Source: Coprothermobacterota bacterium (GTDB taxonomy: Bacteria > Coprothermobacterota > HKB111). Taken from it: 11,644 bases of DNA. The translations under genes and the position numbers were made by a program. Below are positions 7,490 to 11,644 of the stretch, one piece after another (the first letter of the stretch is position 1; each line of letters opens with the position of its first letter). The notes below the pieces were generated by a model. It worked only from the letters and a program-made list of their open reading frames with translations, did no database searches and had not been told where the DNA came from. The stretch lies in the NCBI GenBank assembly GCA_037440465.1, contig JBBIUB010000026.1, positions 1 through 11,644 of the forward strand, read 5' to 3'.

Positions 7490-8451
7490 AATCTAAGTTT
7501 ATTCTTCTAACCACTTTTATCCTGCTGGCTGTAGTAAGCCTTGGGGGTTCTCTTTTAATTGGGGCTGTAAAGATTCAACCCTTTGAACTTCTGTCCTTTT
7601 TCACAGGAAGTGAAAGGGAACCCCACCTTACCCTTCTCTTAAATCTGAGAATAGCCAGGGTCCTTTCAGCTTTCCTGGCTGGTGGCATTCTGGCACTTTC
7701 GGGAGTTCTTTATCAGACAGTTTTTCAAAATCCCCTGGTAGATTCTTATGTACTGGGAGTGGCTTCCGGTGCGGCCTTTGGTGGAATCCTATTTGTAAGG
7801 TTGGGTTTTATTTACCCCTGGCCTGGTGCCTTCCTGGGAGCAATTACTGCCACTTTCCTGACTCTTTATCTAGGAAGGTATAATGGGGGACTATCTTTAA
7901 TAAAAACACTTCTGGGTGGGGTGGTGGTTGGCTCCTTCCTTGGTGCTGCTACTACCTTCCTGCTTCTTACCTGGAAAGGACCTCTATATGGAGGGGCTTT
8001 TTGGTCTCTGGGTAATTTTTCCAGTGCCTCTATCAAAGATTCTGTGGAGTTTCTACTGATAACTGTTGCATATCTTGTAGCTTTCTTGATCCTTCACAGA
8101 AGCTTGGATATCCTGCTTTTGGGAGAAGAGGAAGCTTCCAGTTTAGGTCTGCGGGTTGATAAATTCAGACTTTTTCTTTTAATAACCTCAGCTATTGCTG
8201 TCTCTCTGGTTTCTTCCAGGTTTGGAGCTCTGGGGTTTATTGGTCTTATCGCTCCTCACATTTGCAGGTTGATAGTAGGACCTCTTCATAATACACTTCT
8301 TCCTCTTTCTATTCTTCTGGGAGGAAGCCTCCTCGTGATTTCTGATACGGTAGCCCGCACTGCCTTTGCTCCTACTGAGATTCCGGTGGGTGTGATTACT
8401 GTTCTACTGGGAGGACCTTTCTTTCTTTATCTTATGAGAAAAAGGATTTAA
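7465..8451 (+). CDS. btuC: Cobalamin ABC transporter permease (BtuC/FecCD family); start probably non-canonical
   Basis: Frame is open from TAA 7450-7452 to 8451. Upstream of the ORF-track start (7759) it encodes TM1, LRIARVLSAFLAGGILALSG and FQNPLVDSYVLG. Downstream are LGEEEASSLG (EAA), GFIGLIAPH and EIPVGVIT. Start placed at ATT 7465 by SD spacing (328 aa); product call is firm, exact start less so. Confidence 0.85.
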   Translation: MFKASWKIKSKFILLTTFILLAVVSLGGSLLIGAVKIQPFELLSFFTGSEREPHLTLLLNLRIARVLSAFLAGGILALSGVLYQTVFQNPLVDSYVLGVASGAAFGGILFVRLGFIYPWPGAFLGAITATFLTLYLGRYNGGLSLIKTLLGGVVVGSFLGAATTFLLLTWKGPLYGGAFWSLGNFSSASIKDSVEFLLITVAYLVAFLILHRSLDILLLGEEEASSLGLRVDKFRLFLLITSAIAVSLVSSRFGALGFIGLIAPHICRLIVGPLHNTLLPLSILLGGSLLVISDTVARTAFAPTEIPVGVITVLLGGPFFLYLMRKRI

Positions 8452-8458
8452 GAAAAAG

Positions 8459-9220
8459 GTGTTAGAGCTAAAAAATATCTCCTATTATTACAAAAGAGAG
8501 AAATGGGTTATTCGTAACCTTTCTTGGAATATTAAAGAAGGCTATAACAGGATTGGGGTAGTAGGCGAGAACGGAAGTGGAAAATCCACACTTCTAAAGG
8601 CTATGGCTCGAATTCTTCATCCTCAAGAGGGTAAGGTCCTCCTTCAGGGTAAAGATTTATACAAAATATCCTCTCGTGAACTTTCCCGACTGGTTAGTTT
8701 TTTGGGACCTTCAAATTTGCTTGAACTCCACATTCCTGTTATGGAATTAGTGAAGTTTGGCCGTTATCCATATCTTTCTTTTATGTCACCCTTAAACAAA
8801 AATGATTTGAAAGTTGTTAATTGGGCTCTGGATATAACAGATATGACTGGTTTCAAAGATATATTTCTTACTGAGCTAAGTTCAGGTGAAAAACAGAGAG
8901 CCCGCCTGGCAAGAGCGTTAGCTCAAGATACGAAGTTTCTACTTCTGGATGAACCTACAACCTATTTAGACCCCAGACACTGGGTGAAACTCCTGGAAGT
9001 ATTAAAAGATGTTTCAAAACATCGTTATATTATTATTGCCTCTCACGATTTATCTTTTCTCCGTCTATTCGCAAAGTATATCCTATGTTTGAAGGAAGGA
9101 AAAATTATCTATGATGGAACTCCTTTGAACTTCTGGGATTCTCATTCCTTTACTTCTGCCTTTGGAGTTGAGCCTGAAAGGCTTAAGACTGGTTTAAGGC
9201 CTGAGCAAAGTCCTCTATAA
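8459..9220 (+). CDS. btuD: Cobalamin/iron-chelate ABC transporter ATPase (BtuD/FepC family)
   Basis: Walker A GENGSGKST, GRYPY, signature LSSGEKQR, Walker B LLLDEPT, H-loop SHDL; GTG start; operon context. Confidence 0.88.
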   Translation: MLELKNISYYYKREKWVIRNLSWNIKEGYNRIGVVGENGSGKSTLLKAMARILHPQEGKVLLQGKDLYKISSRELSRLVSFLGPSNLLELHIPVMELVKFGRYPYLSFMSPLNKNDLKVVNWALDITDMTGFKDIFLTELSSGEKQRARLARALAQDTKFLLLDEPTTYLDPRHWVKLLEVLKDVSKHRYIIIASHDLSFLRLFAKYILCLKEGKIIYDGTPLNFWDSHSFTSAFGVEPERLKTGLRPEQSPL

Positions 9221-10349
9221 GGTCTTCCGGATCTTCCAGGCCAACAGAGATACGGATTAGACCTGGAGTTATTCCAGTCTTTGCCTTTATATCTTCTTCC
9301 ATCGTTCCGTGAGACATGGTATAGGGGTGTTGAACCAGGGTCTCCAGTCCTCCTAAACTTACCCCCAGGGCAGCTATTTCCAGACTCTCCATGACTTTTT
9401 TGGCTATTTCTTGATTTTCCACTTCAATGCTTATCATTCCGCTAAATCCTTTCATCAACTTTCTGGCGATGTTGTAGGTTGGGTGAGAAGGAAGGCCGGG
9501 ATAATTTACCTTTTTCACTATTGGATGTCGGTATAAATAATTGGCTAATTTTTCTGCTCCCCGATTATGGTATTCCATACGTAAAGGTAGAGTCTTTATT
9601 CCCCTTATAAGAAGATACGAATCAAAAGGACTTAAAACTGAACCAAACAACTTGTAAGTCTCCTGATGGATTTTCTCTATTTTTTCTTTACTACCAATTA
9701 CTGCTCCAGCCACCACATCAGAATGTCCACCAACATATTTTGTAAGAGAATGGGTTACCAGGTCAACTCCCCACTCCAGAGGATTCTGGTTTATAGGTGT
9801 GGCGAAGGTATTATCAAAGATTGTTAATACCCTATTTTCCTTAGCTATCTTTACTATATCTGGAGTATCAGCCACTTCTAGGGTGGGGTTAGTGGGAGAT
9901 TCCAAGTAATATAGACGGGTATTGAGTGTAGTGGCTTTCAGAAAATCTTCAGGAGTCTGGTGCCAGATCCAGTTAATCTTAATATCCAGATTGTTTTCAA
10001 GATAGATTAAGAAACGGTGGCTGGTACCGTAGATGTTATGAGAGACTACGATTTCATCCCCCTTTTTTACTAAAGATAGAATGGATGCTGATATAGCTCC
10101 CATACCAGAAGAGAAGCAGAGGGCTTTTTCGCCCTTTTCTAATAAGGCTAATTTCTTTTCCAGAACCGTAGTTGTAGGATTTTCTCCACGGGTGTAAACA
10201 AACCCTTCTTCTTCACCAGACAATATCCTGATGGCTCTGTCTATTGTTCCGAGAGTATAGGTAGATGACTGATGTATGGGAACATTTATGCTTCCAATCT
10301 TGCCTTCCTTTTCTTCTCCAGCATGAATACAAAGGGTTCTGGTTTTCAT
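9183..10349 (-). CDS. Cys/Met metabolism PLP-dependent enzyme (methionine gamma-lyase / cystathionine gamma-lyase/synthase family)
   Basis: PIHQSSTY, YTRGENPT, FSSGMGAI, LESPTNP, DNTFATP, HSLTKYVGGHSD (PLP lysine codon 9740-9738), VSLGG and LIRISVGLED. ATG at 10349 with GGAGG SD (10361-10357) is preferred to the ORF-track TTG at 10418. Confidence 0.93.
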   Translation of the reverse strand: MKTRTLCIHAGEEKEGKIGSINVPIHQSSTYTLGTIDRAIRILSGEEEGFVYTRGENPTTTVLEKKLALLEKGEKALCFSSGMGAISASILSLVKKGDEIVVSHNIYGTSHRFLIYLENNLDIKINWIWHQTPEDFLKATTLNTRLYYLESPTNPTLEVADTPDIVKIAKENRVLTIFDNTFATPINQNPLEWGVDLVTHSLTKYVGGHSDVVAGAVIGSKEKIEKIHQETYKLFGSVLSPFDSYLLIRGIKTLPLRMEYHNRGAEKLANYLYRHPIVKKVNYPGLPSHPTYNIARKLMKGFSGMISIEVENQEIAKKVMESLEIAALGVSLGGLETLVQHPYTMSHGTMEEDIKAKTGITPGLIRISVGLEDPEDLIEDFAQALNQS

Positions 10350-10383
10350 AAGGAATCCTCCATTTTTTATTTTGTAATTAAAT

Positions 10384-10392
10384 ATTATCACA
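10384..10392 (-). promoter_or_regulatory. Candidate extended -10 promoter for the PLP-enzyme gene
   Basis: Minus strand TG-T-GATAAT about 35 nt upstream of the ATG. Confidence 0.35.
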
Positions 10393-10499
10393 CGATAAAA
10401 AGAAAATCCGATATCCAATAATTAGGGACGCATCCCTATTTATTTTGATATTTGTTATCCTCCTTGTTTTCCCTTTTACCCCCCCCACTCGCTCCTGAT

Positions 10500-10534
10500 T
10501 TGTGGCATGTGGAGAGTGACGAGTGACAAGTGTA
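10500..10534. repeat. Degenerate tandem heptamer repeat (5 x NNGTGNN)
   Basis: TTGTGGC ATGTGGA GAGTGAC GAGTGAC AAGTGTA in exact 7-nt register; a partial inverted copy TTGTTACTCTCC at 10546-10557. Confidence 0.5.
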
Positions 10535-10747
10535 AGAATCTTTCTTTGTTACTCTCCTCCTCTGGTGGGAGAAGGTAATATGTATGAAATTAACTGGGTT
10601 TCAACACCTAATTGTAGATTACACATTTTGGATATTTTGAAACATATTCAATACAGAATTTCAATACAAGTTGGATTATAATTAATTGGATTAGAGTTAA
10701 TGACTTAAATTAATTGACACTTTGAGATAACTTTAAGGAGGTTTTTT

Positions 10748-11536
10748 ATGGAAGAGAGGTTTATGGAGATAGGTAACTACAGGATATATCACAGATTTGA
10801 GGGTCAGGGTGGCAAAGGAACTGTATTTATATGTCATGGTCAGGCTGATCACATAGGAAGGTATGGAAAAATTTGGAATGCTTTGGTTAGTGAAAGTTAC
10901 CTGGTTGTGGGAGTAGACTTTCCCGGTCATGGTAGGTCATCAGGCAAGAGGGGAGATATTCCTTCTTTTAACCTGGCTATGGAGATGATTGATAAGGCTC
11001 TGGAGTTTAAGATGGTGGAACCTCTCTATATCCTTGGCCACAGTCTTGGAGGCCTGATAGCAGTTAGATATATAGAAGAAAGAATCCTTCCCAGAAAATG
11101 TGTAATTTCCAGCGGACTTTTACATATGGAATCGGATAAAGTTCCTTCATATCTTTTCACCTTTGCCAAAATCATGAAGTTTATTTATCCTTCTTTGACT
11201 CTTAACAACCGTATAAATCCTGAGTTTATCTCCCGAGGAAGGGTTGAGATAGATAATTACAAAAAAGACCCACTTGTTCATAAATTGATTTCAATAAGGT
11301 CATTTTTTGATATTTTAGAAAATATTAAGTTGGCTTACGAGCGGGTGGGGAGTAGTCCTATCCTGGTGTTAATAGGCGAGAAGGACAGGTTGGTACCTCC
11401 TGAAGCCGGTGAAAGTATTTATAAAGCTTGGAAGGGAGAAAAAACTATAAAATGGTATCCAATGATGCACGAGCTATTCCACGACCCAGAGGGAGATATG
11501 GTTATTAAAGATGTACTGGAGTTTTTAAGGAGTTAA
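10748..11536 (+). CDS. Alpha/beta hydrolase, lysophospholipase/monoacylglycerol lipase-like
   Basis: CHGQADHIGRY (HG oxyanion), DFPGHGRSSGKRG, nucleophile GHSLGG, acid GEKDRLV, His in MMHELFHDPE; TAAGGAGGT SD. Confidence 0.9.
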   Translation: MEERFMEIGNYRIYHRFEGQGGKGTVFICHGQADHIGRYGKIWNALVSESYLVVGVDFPGHGRSSGKRGDIPSFNLAMEMIDKALEFKMVEPLYILGHSLGGLIAVRYIEERILPRKCVISSGLLHMESDKVPSYLFTFAKIMKFIYPSLTLNNRINPEFISRGRVEIDNYKKDPLVHKLISIRSFFDILENIKLAYERVGSSPILVLIGEKDRLVPPEAGESIYKAWKGEKTIKWYPMMHELFHDPEGDMVIKDVLEFLRS

Positions 11537-11568
11537 CTGTGCTAATTCATGCTCTACCAAAACTCTAC

Positions 11569-11597
11569 TTGACTTGTTTGGCTGAATATGATATACT
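11569..11597 (+). promoter_or_regulatory. Strong sigma70-type promoter for a transcript leaving the window
   Basis: TTGACT(11569-11574)-N17-TATACT(11592-11597), with TG extended -10 at 11589-11590. Confidence 0.75.
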
Positions 11598-11644
11598 ATT
11601 TTACCCCAGAACGGTGGTATCCTTCTGGGTCCTGTACCTTAAAA

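Noticed and set aside
7453..8451. btuC as a pseudogene or frameshifted gene
   Set aside because: The frame is uninterrupted and the family motifs are retained; only a canonical start codon is missing.
10447..10465. Orphan minus-strand SD (AAGGAGG, 10465-10459) as the start of a hidden gene
   Set aside because: No ATG/GTG/TTG follows; the ATA in frame with the PLP gene hits TAA after three codons, and the ATC frame closes after 23 codons.
10350..10747. SAM-I riboswitch or T-box upstream of the Cys/Met enzyme
   Set aside because: Core motifs (ATC-AGAG...GAGGGA..GGCCC...GCAACC, or the T-box GGTGG-ACC-CG) were not found on the minus strand.
10733..10930. 65-aa minus-strand ORF
   Set aside because: Antisense to the hydrolase gene; no supporting features.
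1..11644. CRISPR array, transposase, integrase at tRNA-Trp, prophage or recoded stop codons
   Set aside because: No spaced direct repeats, recombinase motifs or duplicated tRNA 3' end; all genes read through under the standard code.

Overview
AT-rich bacterial chromosomal window with no mobile element, CRISPR array or phage genes. Left part (1-3378): the conserved tuf(3' end)-rpmG-tRNA-Trp-secE-nusG-rplK-rplA-[L10 leader]-rplJ-rplL cluster. It ends in a terminator and a convergent Lon protease gene instead of the usual rpoBC. Middle: divergently from lon, a cobalamin riboswitch controls a btuF-btuC-btuD corrinoid ABC importer. Right: a convergent, overlapping Cys/Met-metabolism PLP enzyme, a structured 400-nt intergenic region, an alpha/beta hydrolase, and a strong promoter at the window edge. 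Most content is housekeeping, and I cannot support a wholly new system. The most unusual part is the B12 module. (i) btuC has no ATG/GTG/TTG for its first ~100 conserved codons and appears to start at AUU behind a perfect Shine-Dalgarno. (ii) BtuF lacks a lipobox and carries a C-terminal copper-amine-oxidase-N-like domain. (iii) The riboswitch lacks P2 but has a fully readable SD-sequestering platform. (iv) BtuD has a degenerate Q-loop and overlaps the convergent PLP-enzyme gene. All calls come from manual motif recognition; no searches were run.
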